64,000 nucleotides of DNA, from the NCBI GenBank assembly GCA_963842525.1, contig CAWJGT010000031.1:1-64000 (forward strand), read 5' to 3'. Positions 9,602-18,397 of the stretch are shown piece after piece. The stretch comes from an uncultured Holophagales bacterium. Its GTDB lineage: Bacteria; Acidobacteriota; Thermoanaerobaculia; Multivoradales; UBA5704. The translations under genes and the position numbers were made by a program. Every line of letters starts with the position of its first letter. Positions within the stretch are counted from its first letter, which is position 1. The notes below the pieces were generated by a model. It was not told the DNA's origin. It saw nothing but the letters and a program-made list of their open reading frames with translations, and did not search any database.

Positions 9602-11120
9602 CGCGTTTGACCTCGCGCTTGAGCTTCCCGCTCATCGTCACCGCGACCTCTCCAAACTGGAGGGAGCGGAGGGAGACCGCCGCAAGGTTTGCCGCCGCCC
9701 GGCGGAGCTCGAAGAGCTCGATCAACGTTGCCTCCTGGACGTCCACGGTCTGAGGTTCGACGGTGACGTCAACAGAGACTCCGTCCCTCGTTGCTGTGAA
9801 CGCATCGACCCGGACCCGCTTCACTCCAGGGTGCTCCCGGAGCAGGGCCTCGACGGCATCCGGTGCCGGCCAGACTTGCCGGACGCTCTCCAGCCAGCCT
9901 TTTCGCCCCACATAGTGGAGAACTTCCTTGGCATCCACCGCGACCAGGTCGCCCGTTGGATGCGGTTGGCCAAGCGGCCGGAAGCGGCGCGTCTTAGGAT
10001 CCCACTTCGCGGCGGCAACAGCCTCGCCCCGGAGCTTGAGCTCGCCCGTTTCCGGATCGACCTCGCTTTTCTCATACGGCCGGGTCCGCGACCCCAAAGG
10101 CACGAAGGGACGGGAGTTGGTTTCTGGACGGACATCCTTGTCCTCAACCTTGTGATAGGTGATCGGGAACGATGCCTCAGTCTGGCCGAAGGTGATGAAG
10201 AAGTGAACATCGGGCAGAGCCTTCTTGGCCCGGTGCATGGTCGAGATCGGCGCCGGCCCCCCCGCCACCAGCACTCTGCCGAGGTTCCTGGCCCAGTCCG
10301 CTCCGCTCCGTTCACTATACTGGGCCAGGTCCGCTACCTGACTGGGCACCAGGAACGTGAGGACACGCTTCTCCCGGGTCACGGTCTCCACGAAGCGCAA
10401 CAGATCCCATCGCGGCAGCAGGACGTTCTTGCCGCCGCGGCAGAAGGCCGGAGCAATCAGCGAGCCGGCCGCCCACACGCTCGGGAGCCCGTGCACGATG
10501 GTCTCCTTTGGAGTGGGCTTGATGACCTTGCGGATGTTGTCGAGGATCGCCACCACCGTCCTCTCGGTATAAGCGATCGCCTTGGGTTCGCCGGTTGCCC
10601 CCGAGGTATAGCGGATGCGGGTGACGAGCTCCTCGCCGACCGTCAAACGGCGCGGATCGCGCTGCGGCCCCGTATGCCGCAGCAACCGGAAGCGGGAAGC
10701 ATCGAAGTGAGGCGGCAGAGCCTCCTCTTCACAGGGAAACGCCGGCAGCGAACCGAGAGTCCTCATCTCATAGAGCCCCAGCGCCGCCGGCTCCACGAGG
10801 AGCAGGCGGGGGGCGAAGTATTCGAGAAGCCGTTCGAGGTTGCCCAGATCCCTTTCGAGCGTTGGGATGCCGATCCAGGTACCGCCGAGGCGATAGGTGG
10901 CCCACTCGAGGATCACGGCCTCGACGCAGTTATAGGTGAGAGCGGCAATCCGGTCCCCTTGCTTGCAGTACTCCTGTAACCAGCTCACCGTCCTTTCCAG
11001 ATCGTTCTCCACAGTGGCGAAGGTCTTGACAACGGTCTTACCAGCCGAAACACTCGCGAAGGCATCGCGATCGGAGAACTCCTTCATCGCCTTTTCGAGC
11101 TGATCAAGGAAGCGTTCCAT
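9594..11120 (-). CDS. Class I adenylate-forming (AMP-binding/ANL) enzyme
   Basis: YTSGATGEPK (A3), FGQTE (A5), TGDL (A7), VGRK (A8), TMSGK (A10); GGAGG before ATG 11120. Confidence 0.85.
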   Translation of the reverse strand: MERFLDQLEKAMKEFSDRDAFASVSAGKTVVKTFATVENDLERTVSWLQEYCKQGDRIAALTYNCVEAVILEWATYRLGGTWIGIPTLERDLGNLERLLEYFAPRLLLVEPAALGLYEMRTLGSLPAFPCEEEALPPHFDASRFRLLRHTGPQRDPRRLTVGEELVTRIRYTSGATGEPKAIAYTERTVVAILDNIRKVIKPTPKETIVHGLPSVWAAGSLIAPAFCRGGKNVLLPRWDLLRFVETVTREKRVLTFLVPSQVADLAQYSERSGADWARNLGRVLVAGGPAPISTMHRAKKALPDVHFFITFGQTEASFPITYHKVEDKDVRPETNSRPFVPLGSRTRPYEKSEVDPETGELKLRGEAVAAAKWDPKTRRFRPLGQPHPTGDLVAVDAKEVLHYVGRKGWLESVRQVWPAPDAVEALLREHPGVKRVRVDAFTATRDGVSVDVTVEPQTVDVQEATLIELFELRRAAANLAAVSLRSLQFGEVAVTMSGKLKREVKRDA

Positions 11121-11130
11121 TCGATCCTCC

Positions 11131-12123
11131 CTAGTCCATCCGTCTGAGCAGGCCCGCCGCGACAATCAGATCCATCAGGCCGATCCCTACCGACTTGAAG
11201 GCGGTCAGGCTCGCCTCTTTGGCACCGTCTCGAAGGATGGATTCCGCCACGAGCCGGGCGAGCGTTGGGATCTCGCTCCAGCGGAGGGCACCCTCGGCCA
11301 TCAGGTCCACGAAGTCGCCGGCCTCGGCTTCCGCCTGCTCGGGATCGTCCGTTACCAGAAAGCCGGCCGGCGGCAGGCAGCGGCGAGCGAGGTCGACGTC
11401 GATCTCCTTCCGCTTGAGGTGATTGGAGCCGATGAGGTTGAGATGCCGCAGGCGCGGCAGCGCGGCTCCGGCCGGGATCACCGGCGTGGTGCTGCTGGTG
11501 GCGGTGGTCACGATGTCGGCCTCGGCCAGGGCGTCTTCGGCCTCTACCAGACGCCCTTCCACTCCACCGCCGAGGGCCGACAGCCACTCGGGAGCGCCTT
11601 CCAAGCTCCGCTTGCGCACCAGCAAGACCTTGCGGATCGATGGGCGCACAAAGAGGACTCCCCCCACGAGATGCTCCGCGATTTTGCCAGCGCCGAAATG
11701 AGCCAGGCAGGCCGGCTCGGGGGGCGCCAGCAGGTCAGTCGCCAAAGCCGTCACCGCCGCGGTGCGGATGCGGCTGAGGAAGTCGGCCTCAAGCAGAGCC
11801 AGGGGCAAGCCTGTGCCAGTATCGATCACCGACGCCCACATCGCCGGGGTGTCGAAACCGATGCTCGTGTAGTCTTTGCCTCCGGCCACCCCCCAACCGG
11901 GCAGCCCGGCGCGGAGAGTGTGAAGCCAGGCGCAGCCCTTTTCCCGCGAGTCGACGCGGACGCGGGGCCGGCTTACGACCTCGTTTCCCGCCGCCGTTGC
12001 CAGCGCCTCCCGCAGGTCTGCGAGGGCGCTGCCGATGGACAGATGGAGGCGGACCTCCGCCTCGCGGACCAGCCGCAGGCTGGTCCCACAGAATTCGATC
12101 CTCTCGCCTTCCTGGCCTCCCAT
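11131..12123 (-). CDS. Ornithine cyclodeaminase/mu-crystallin family protein
   Basis: RIRTAAVTALA, FGAGKIA, ADIVTTATSS, FKSVGIGLMD. Confidence 0.85.
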   Translation of the reverse strand: MGGQEGERIEFCGTSLRLVREAEVRLHLSIGSALADLREALATAAGNEVVSRPRVRVDSREKGCAWLHTLRAGLPGWGVAGGKDYTSIGFDTPAMWASVIDTGTGLPLALLEADFLSRIRTAAVTALATDLLAPPEPACLAHFGAGKIAEHLVGGVLFVRPSIRKVLLVRKRSLEGAPEWLSALGGGVEGRLVEAEDALAEADIVTTATSSTTPVIPAGAALPRLRHLNLIGSNHLKRKEIDVDLARRCLPPAGFLVTDDPEQAEAEAGDFVDLMAEGALRWSEIPTLARLVAESILRDGAKEASLTAFKSVGIGLMDLIVAAGLLRRMD

Positions 12124-12168
12124 CTCGGTTAATCCTCCGAGGCTGGCGAATGAAGGTGGTCGTCGCCA

Positions 12169-13242
12169 TCACAGCCGCATCAGCACCGATCCCCAGTGCA
12201 GGCCGGCTCCCAGGGCGGTGAAGGCGACCAGGGAGCCCGGGGGCGCCTTGCCGGCCTGCCTGGCTTCGAAGAAGGCGATCGGCAGGGTGCCGGAGGTGGT
12301 GTTGCCGTATTTCTGGATGTTGTTGTGGACCTTGCCGTCCGGCAGGCCGAGGATCTGCTGCGCCTTCTCGTTGATGCGCAGGTTGGCCTGGTGCATGATC
12401 AGGAGGTCCAGGTCCGCGATGCCGTACCCCTGCCGCCGCAGCACTTCCAATGTAGCCTCCGGCATGCGGGTCACGGCGAGCTTGAAGACGGCCCGGCCGT
12501 CCATCACCGGCACGGTCTCGGCCTCCCGGATCATCTCGCAGGTGACGAAGGGCCGGCGCTGGGAGCCGCCGCCGGGGACGTACAGGATGTCGCGGTGGTT
12601 GCCGTCGCCATAGAGGGCGGATTCGAGGATGCCCCGCTCCTCCTCCGCCGGCGCGGCGCGGAAGACCATGGCGCCGGCGCCGTCTCCGAAGAGCACCAGG
12701 AGGTGGCGGAAACGGGAGTTCCAGGTGAGCTCCTCCTCCGAGAGCGGCCCTGGATCGCGCCCGTGGAGCACCTCGAAGGTCCGCTCGGAGAAGGGCATCA
12801 GGGAGGTGTGGACGTCGGTGCCCACGAGCAGCACGTTCTTCGCGATGCCGCTGCGGATCAGGGCGTCGACCATCTGCAGGCCGTAGGCGAAGCCCGCGCA
12901 CTGCTGGCGGATGTCCAGCGTCGGCAGGGCGCCGATGCCGAGCTTCTGCTGGACGAGGGTGCCGGTGCCCGGGAAGTAGTGGTCCGGCGTCATGGTGGCG
13001 CAGACCAGGTAGTCGATTTCGCCGGCCTCCATGCCGGCGTCGGCGAGCGCGGCACGGGCCGCCTCGGCGCCCAGGTCGGAGGAGGCGGTGCCGGGATGCA
13101 CGTAGTAGCGGGTGACGACCCCGCTGCGCTCGCGGATCCACGCGTCGCTGGTCTCGATGATGCGAGACAGCATGTGGTTGTCGACTTCCAGCGGCGGAAT
13201 GGAGATGCCGGTTCCGGCCAGCACGGCACGGGCCTGGGTCAT
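12169..13242 (-). CDS. 3-oxoacyl-ACP synthase III (FabH-like)
   Basis: Cys-His-Asn triad: QQCAGF, HQAN, GNT; LFGDGAGA. Confidence 0.9.
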   Translation of the reverse strand: MTQARAVLAGTGISIPPLEVDNHMLSRIIETSDAWIRERSGVVTRYYVHPGTASSDLGAEAARAALADAGMEAGEIDYLVCATMTPDHYFPGTGTLVQQKLGIGALPTLDIRQQCAGFAYGLQMVDALIRSGIAKNVLLVGTDVHTSLMPFSERTFEVLHGRDPGPLSEEELTWNSRFRHLLVLFGDGAGAMVFRAAPAEEERGILESALYGDGNHRDILYVPGGGSQRRPFVTCEMIREAETVPVMDGRAVFKLAVTRMPEATLEVLRRQGYGIADLDLLIMHQANLRINEKAQQILGLPDGKVHNNIQKYGNTTSGTLPIAFFEARQAGKAPPGSLVAFTALGAGLHWGSVLMRL

Positions 13243-13286
13243 GGGGTCTCCTCGTGCGGATGGAGTCTCAAGGGAGTCAGGAGATC

Positions 13287-13913
13287 TCAGGGGATCTCAG
13301 GGTCCGCCGACGACGGCCGGCGCAGCCGCGGGTCCTGACCGGGCAGGTAGGTGACCGTCAGATCACCGCGTTTGATGAACCGGTAGGCCGAGGCCGGTCG
13401 CTTGCCGTCGAGCCCGGCCGGAGTCGTGCCAGCGTAGGTCCAGACCTCGATCGGAGAGTCCTGAGGCGTCGGGGAGACCTCGAAGTCGGACTTGGTCGGC
13501 GGGCCGTAGAGGATGTAGACCGTGCCGCGATCGGTGCGGCGGCCACGGAAACCCGCTTCGCTGTACATCCGGTCGGCTTCGGCGGCACGCTCCTGGAAGG
13601 CCTCCTGGAGAGGGTTGCCCGGCTTGTCAGGGCTGCCATCGCGCCGCGCCCAGAACTGCTGGATGAAGGCCTCGGCCTGGGCGTCGTCCTGCAAGGCCAG
13701 GAAGGCCTGGACCTCCTCGAGCGTGGCGATGCGCGCGATCGGTCCGATGAGCCAGCTCGACTGCTCGGGCCCCAGGAACGGGTTGGTCAGGTCGGCGGTG
13801 CTGCGGGCGGCCGGCGCGGACGAGCAGGCCAGGACTCCGGTCAGGACTGCGAGGCCGAAGAGGGCGGCCGCGGCGCGGGCCAGGGGGCTATGGTTTGCGG
13901 CGGAGCAGGTCAA
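13287..13913 (-). CDS. GWxTD-domain putative lipoprotein
   Basis: Lipobox-like VLAC, FWARRD, GRRTDRGTVYILYGPP. Confidence 0.75.
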   Translation of the reverse strand: MTCSAANHSPLARAAAALFGLAVLTGVLACSSAPAARSTADLTNPFLGPEQSSWLIGPIARIATLEEVQAFLALQDDAQAEAFIQQFWARRDGSPDKPGNPLQEAFQERAAEADRMYSEAGFRGRRTDRGTVYILYGPPTKSDFEVSPTPQDSPIEVWTYAGTTPAGLDGKRPASAYRFIKRGDLTVTYLPGQDPRLRRPSSADPEIP

Positions 13914-14529
13914 GAAACTCCTCCCGGACCGGTTTCTGGTGGAAGATTCCGCGCAGGGCGGAGGTGATGGTCAACGCTCCCGGCTTCTTGACGCCGCGCA
14001 TCTCCACGCACAGGTGGCGCGCCTCGATGACCACCATGGCTCCCTGGGGCTGGAGCTTCTCCTCCAGGAAGGTGACCACCTGCTCGGTCAGCCGCTCCTG
14101 GAGCTGCGGCCGCTTGGCATAGAACTCCAGGATGCGGGCGAACTTGGACAGCCCCAGGATGCGTTCGCGCGGAATGTAGGCGATGTGCGCATGGCCGTAG
14201 AAGGGAACGAGGTGGTGAGCGCACATGGAGTAGAAGGGGATCTGCGTCTCCATCACCATGTGGCTGTACTGCTCCTCGTTGGGGAAGGTCGTCACCTTGG
14301 GCTCCGCCCCCTCTTCGAGGCCGTGGAACATCTCCAGGTACATCTTGGCCACGCGCAGATCGGTCTCGGCCAGGTTCGGATCCGTAAGATCGAGGCCGAG
14401 CGCGGTGAGGAGGCCCCGCACGTGGTGCGCCACCCGGTCGAGCTTTTCCTGCTGCGCCGGGTCGAGCTCGGCCAGGGCCACCGGGGGCACATGCATCGGA
14501 ACGATGATCTCCGGTCTGTTGTCGCTCAT
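13888..14529 (-). CDS. folE: GTP cyclohydrolase I
   Basis: SMCAHHLVPF, GLSK, RPQLQERLT, HLCVEMRG. Confidence 0.93.
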   Translation of the reverse strand: MSDNRPEIIVPMHVPPVALAELDPAQQEKLDRVAHHVRGLLTALGLDLTDPNLAETDLRVAKMYLEMFHGLEEGAEPKVTTFPNEEQYSHMVMETQIPFYSMCAHHLVPFYGHAHIAYIPRERILGLSKFARILEFYAKRPQLQERLTEQVVTFLEEKLQPQGAMVVIEARHLCVEMRGVKKPGALTITSALRGIFHQKPVREEFLDLLRRKP

Positions 14530-14636
14530 GGTGTCTTTCCCGCCCTTCGGCAGACGGAACAGAGCCCTATCCTAACACCAGGGGTGAAGGGCCGCAGGGA
14601 TCGGGCCGGTCGCGCGTTTCACGTAGAATGACGGGC

Positions 14637-16409
14637 ATGATCGGCAGGATCGTGGGCAGTTACCGCATCGTCGAGAAGATCGGCGAGGGGGGCATGGGCG
14701 CGGTGTACCGGGCGGTCGACGTCATGCTGGACCGCGACGTGGCCCTCAAGGCGATCCGGCCCGAGCTGTCCCACGAGCCGCAGATCGTCGAGCGCTTCCG
14801 GGCCGAAGCCCGCACCCTCGCCCGCCTCAACCATCCGGCGATCGCCGCCATCTACAGCTTCTTCCATGACGGGGAGGATCTCTACCTCGCGATGGAGCTG
14901 GTGGAGGGCCGGCCCCTGTCGAAGGTCCTGGAGGCCCAGGGCGCCATCCCCTGGCAGCGGGCCGTCCATCTCCTCGGCAGCGCCATGGAGGGGATCGAGC
15001 AGGCCCACCGGGACGGCGTCGTCCACCGAGACCTCAAGCCGGACAACCTGATGCTCACCGAGGCCGGCACGCTCAAGGTCATGGACTTCGGCATCGCCCG
15101 CGTGATGGGGAGCGGGCATCTGACCCGCACCGGCCTGCTGGTCGGCACCCTGCGCTACATGTCGCCGGAGCAGATCCGCGGCGAGGAGGTGGACGGCCGG
15201 GCCGACGTCTACGCCCTCGGGGCAGTGCTCTACGAGATGCTGACCGGCCGGCCGCCCTTCGAAGGAGGGAGCGACTGGGCGATCCTGCGGGCGCAGATCG
15301 AGGACCCGCCGCGCCCGCCCGGCGAGCACAGACCGGAGCTCCCCTGGTGGCTCGACCGGGTGGTGCTCAAGGCCCTGTCCAAGCAGGCGGCCGAGCGGTT
15401 CCAGACGGTCGAGGAGATGCGGCTGGCCCTGCTCCGCCAGGGCGAGACCATGATCGGGTCCCGCCCTTCCGATCCCGCGGCCGCGACTCCCCTCGAAGAG
15501 CTGGAGACGGTCGTCACCCCGCCCGGCGCGCGGAGCACGCCCGTCCCCGTCATCCATCCGACAAAACAGCCCGGCCCGGCGCCGACTTCCTACCGGCCGG
15601 TCGAGCTGGGGAGCACGAGTGGGTCGGGCTGGAAGGTGGCAGCCCTGGCCGCCGCGCTGGTGGCGGTGCTCGTTGCCGCGGGAATCGGGACCTGGCTCTG
15701 GCGCGGCCGGACCGGGGAGCCTCAGACCCAGGCGCAGTCGTCTCCGCCGGGAACGGAGCCGGCCGTCACCGTGACCGCGGCCGGCCAGCAGTCCCCCTCG
15801 TCCCTGCCCGCTGGCAAGGAGAGCACCCCCACGCCGCCTCCAGCGACCCCGGCGCCCCGAAGGGACGTCGAGCAGCGCCTTCCGGAGCCTCAGGACCGCG
15901 ACGAGCCGCCGGTGCCCACCCCTGCCGTGGAGGCCCCGGCGAGCCGTCCCTCCAATCCGGAAGAGCCGGCTGTAGCGGAGCCCCAGACCGCCGCGCCGAT
16001 CGAGCCCGCTCCCGGCGCTCCCATCCAGGAGGTCCATCGCCTGGCCGGCGAGCTCGAGACCGAGAGCCGCAAGCTGTACGAGGTCTACGAACGATTCCTC
16101 GAGAGCAAGGAGGAAGCCGGCGGCGAGATCACCGACACGGACGAGCAGCTCCAGGAGAACCTGGAGGCGCTGATGGACGACGCCGAGAGCCTCAACAAAC
16201 AGTTCCAGTCTGGCCTCTTCGCCCGTGTCCGCAAACGCCAACCAGGAGACCGGCTGCGCGTCCAGCAACGCTTCCGCGCGCTGGCCCAGCGGGGCGAGAA
16301 GGTGGAGAGGTTGATGGGCGAGGTCCAGCCCGGCCCCGAGGTCCGCCAGTCCTGGCAGCAGGTCCGCCGCCGCTGGCGGCGGATCGGCGACATCATGGCG
16401 GGGATTTAG
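14637..16409 (+). CDS. Hanks-type Ser/Thr protein kinase with TM helix and Pro-rich C-terminal region
   Basis: IGEGGMG, VALK, HRDLKPDN, DFG, YMSPE; start placed at ATG 14637, 7 nt after TAGAAT (alternative 14628). Confidence 0.9.
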   Translation: MIGRIVGSYRIVEKIGEGGMGAVYRAVDVMLDRDVALKAIRPELSHEPQIVERFRAEARTLARLNHPAIAAIYSFFHDGEDLYLAMELVEGRPLSKVLEAQGAIPWQRAVHLLGSAMEGIEQAHRDGVVHRDLKPDNLMLTEAGTLKVMDFGIARVMGSGHLTRTGLLVGTLRYMSPEQIRGEEVDGRADVYALGAVLYEMLTGRPPFEGGSDWAILRAQIEDPPRPPGEHRPELPWWLDRVVLKALSKQAAERFQTVEEMRLALLRQGETMIGSRPSDPAAATPLEELETVVTPPGARSTPVPVIHPTKQPGPAPTSYRPVELGSTSGSGWKVAALAAALVAVLVAAGIGTWLWRGRTGEPQTQAQSSPPGTEPAVTVTAAGQQSPSSLPAGKESTPTPPPATPAPRRDVEQRLPEPQDRDEPPVPTPAVEAPASRPSNPEEPAVAEPQTAAPIEPAPGAPIQEVHRLAGELETESRKLYEVYERFLESKEEAGGEITDTDEQLQENLEALMDDAESLNKQFQSGLFARVRKRQPGDRLRVQQRFRALAQRGEKVERLMGEVQPGPEVRQSWQQVRRRWRRIGDIMAGI

Positions 16410-16411
16410 AA

Positions 16412-16474
16412 CCTCACCCCCTGTCCCCCTCTCCCATCGCCCCCCCTGCCCCCGGGAGAGGGGGAACGTAGCTG
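16412..16474 (+). repeat. REP-like palindromic repeat
   Basis: CCTCACCCCCTGTCCCCCTCTCCC-loop-GGGAGAGGGGGAACGTAGCTG; near-identical copies at 20552, 29890, 30021, 51472. Confidence 0.8.
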
Positions 16475-16484
16475 TAGCCTCTGC

Positions 16485-16625
16485 GCCTCCCTCTGGGACT
16501 CCTCGGCAACCGGCGATGCAGGCTGCATCATGGATCCCTCTGGGGGCTGCCAGCCGGCCCCGCCGCAGCCGCAGCCCGATGCAGGGTGCGAGTTTGACCC
16601 TTACGGCTGCCCGCAGGGCTCATGA
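16485..16625 (+). pseudogene. 5'-truncated copy of the Cys-motif peptide gene
   Basis: Translates ASLWDSSATGDAGCIMDPSGGCQPAPPQPQPDAGCEFDPYGCPQGS*, homologous to 18179..18397 but with no start codon or signal region. Confidence 0.65.
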
Positions 16626-18107
16626 CTCGAACCGAAGGCCCTGGTCGTGCCGCGCCCGGAAGAGGAAGCGCAGGACGCGGCGGGCCAGCTCGGCGGTCGC
16701 CGCTTCTCGCTCCACAGCTTCCTGGAAGATCTGGAGGGCGGCCAGGGCCTCGCGGTGCACACCCTTGGACTCGAAAATCTTCGGCAGCTCCCGGGTGAGC
16801 ACCTTGACCTCCTGCGTGCGGTTTTCGTCGAGGAGCAGAGCGCCCTCTTCGAGCAGGGCCAGGGTCACGTCATAGAACATCTCCTCGGCCGCGAACCTCT
16901 CCCGCGCCTCGGCCAGCAGGCGGAGGGCCTCTTCGCGGCGGCCCAGACCGGCCAGGAGGCGCCCTTCAAGCCATGGGATTCTCGCGAGATCGAGCTTGCC
17001 CAGACCGTCAGGGCATCGGCGCACCTCCTCGACCAGCTCCGCAGCCTCGGCATAGCAGGCGGCGTGGACGAGATGGTTTCCGAGGTTGAGCCGCAGCATG
17101 TTCTTGAGCCGCGGATCGCTCCGGCGGTCCGCATGGGTTTCGGCTTCCCGCAGGGCGGCGATGGCGAGTTCGTGTTCGCCCATTGCATCGTAGGTGGTGC
17201 CCTTCATCATCAGGGCGCGTTCCGGAAACCGGCTCACGGGAATAGCCTTATCGCAGCAGGAAATGGCCTCGGCGAACCGGCGCTGAGCCTTTCGCAGAGA
17301 CCCCTCCAGGTCGAGTAGCCGCCCGGGATCCAGAAGGCCGGCAGGGTCGGAGCCGGCGTGCCAGAGCCGCTTGGCCTCTTCGAGCCGGAAATCCGCGGCC
17401 TTCAGGTCCCCGCGAACTTTGAGCAGGTTCGCCCAATGGGCCAGAGCGTAGCCGCGGACGCGCCTGTGCAAGCCTTCCGGCCCCCGCACCCACTTGGCGA
17501 TGCCCAGGGCCAGCCGAGCCCAGGCGGCCGACCGTTTCAGGTCGCGCGAGCCTTCTTCGATAGCGGCCTCGCAGCAGATCTCGACCAGCGCCCAATTCTG
17601 ATACTCGCGGTTCAGCCTCACCACGGCCAGCCGCGAGCGGGCATCCAGCCGCTTCAGCTCCGCAAACTGCTCCGCCGCTCGCCGGCGGTCCTCGGCCGAA
17701 GGCTGGGCCTGGGGAAACGGCAGCTTCAGCAGGCGCCGAACCGCTCCTGCGCAATGCCGGACGAGCCGCTCCGCCAAGTCGTCCACGAGGGCTCCCATCC
17801 CCTCGCTTCGCCGCTGGAAAGACTGACGCTGCGTCTCGTAAAGGGCAAAGAGCTCGTCGGCATCCTGTGCCGCGATCCCGGCCGTACGCTCGGCCAGGAG
17901 CTCGAGGTCGTCCTGCCCGGGCACGACCTTGCCCTGCTCCCACTGGTCGATCTGGGCGGGGCTGCGGCCGATCTCCCCGGCCGTCCTCGCCTGGCTCTTG
18001 CCGGAGAGGCCGCGAAGCATGCGCGCCTTCCGGTTCTCCGCCCGCATCAGCTCGTCTCTCATCCGCTCCTCCACCAAGAAAGTCCACGAAATCTCGGGCT
18101 CAGGCAC
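16620..18107 (-). CDS. XRE-type HTH plus TPR-repeat protein (copy 1)
   Basis: RMLRGLSGKSQARTAGEIGRSPAQIDQWEQGKVVP is XRE-HTH-like; the remainder is Ala/Leu-rich helical TPR-like repeats. Confidence 0.8.
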   Translation of the reverse strand: MPEPEISWTFLVEERMRDELMRAENRKARMLRGLSGKSQARTAGEIGRSPAQIDQWEQGKVVPGQDDLELLAERTAGIAAQDADELFALYETQRQSFQRRSEGMGALVDDLAERLVRHCAGAVRRLLKLPFPQAQPSAEDRRRAAEQFAELKRLDARSRLAVVRLNREYQNWALVEICCEAAIEEGSRDLKRSAAWARLALGIAKWVRGPEGLHRRVRGYALAHWANLLKVRGDLKAADFRLEEAKRLWHAGSDPAGLLDPGRLLDLEGSLRKAQRRFAEAISCCDKAIPVSRFPERALMMKGTTYDAMGEHELAIAALREAETHADRRSDPRLKNMLRLNLGNHLVHAACYAEAAELVEEVRRCPDGLGKLDLARIPWLEGRLLAGLGRREEALRLLAEARERFAAEEMFYDVTLALLEEGALLLDENRTQEVKVLTRELPKIFESKGVHREALAALQIFQEAVEREAATAELARRVLRFLFRARHDQGLRFES

Positions 18108-18178
18108 TTATCCTTGGCGGGCGTGGCCCGCGCGGACCACAAAGGCCCGAGGCTGGCGCCGCGCCGGAGACTCTGCCC

Positions 18179-18397
18179 ATGCGCCGAACCCTCCTCATTC
18201 TTGTGGTCACCGCCTCCCTTTTCAACTCCGGCTTGCTCGACCCAATCACGAACCTGCTCGTCTCCCTCTGGGACTCCTCGGCAAACGGCGATGCAGGGTG
18301 CATCGGGGACCCCTATGGACGCTGCCTGCCCGCCCCGGAGCCGCAGTCCGATGCGGGGTGCGAGTGGGACCCGTACGGCTGCCCCTCGGGCTCATGA
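18179..18397 (+). CDS. Small putative secreted peptide (72 aa) with two DAGCxxDPYG(x)C repeats
   Basis: GGAGA 8 nt before ATG; basic then hydrophobic N-terminus MRRTLLILVVTASLF; paralogous copy at 16485..16625 keeps the frame and motif residues. Confidence 0.7.
   Translation: MRRTLLILVVTASLFNSGLLDPITNLLVSLWDSSANGDAGCIGDPYGRCLPAPEPQSDAGCEWDPYGCPSGS

Noticed and set aside
13265-13302. Short GGAG(A)TCTCA(A/G)G repeats upstream of the fabH-like gene
   Set aside because: Few degenerate copies, partly inside the upstream gene's 3' end; no support for function
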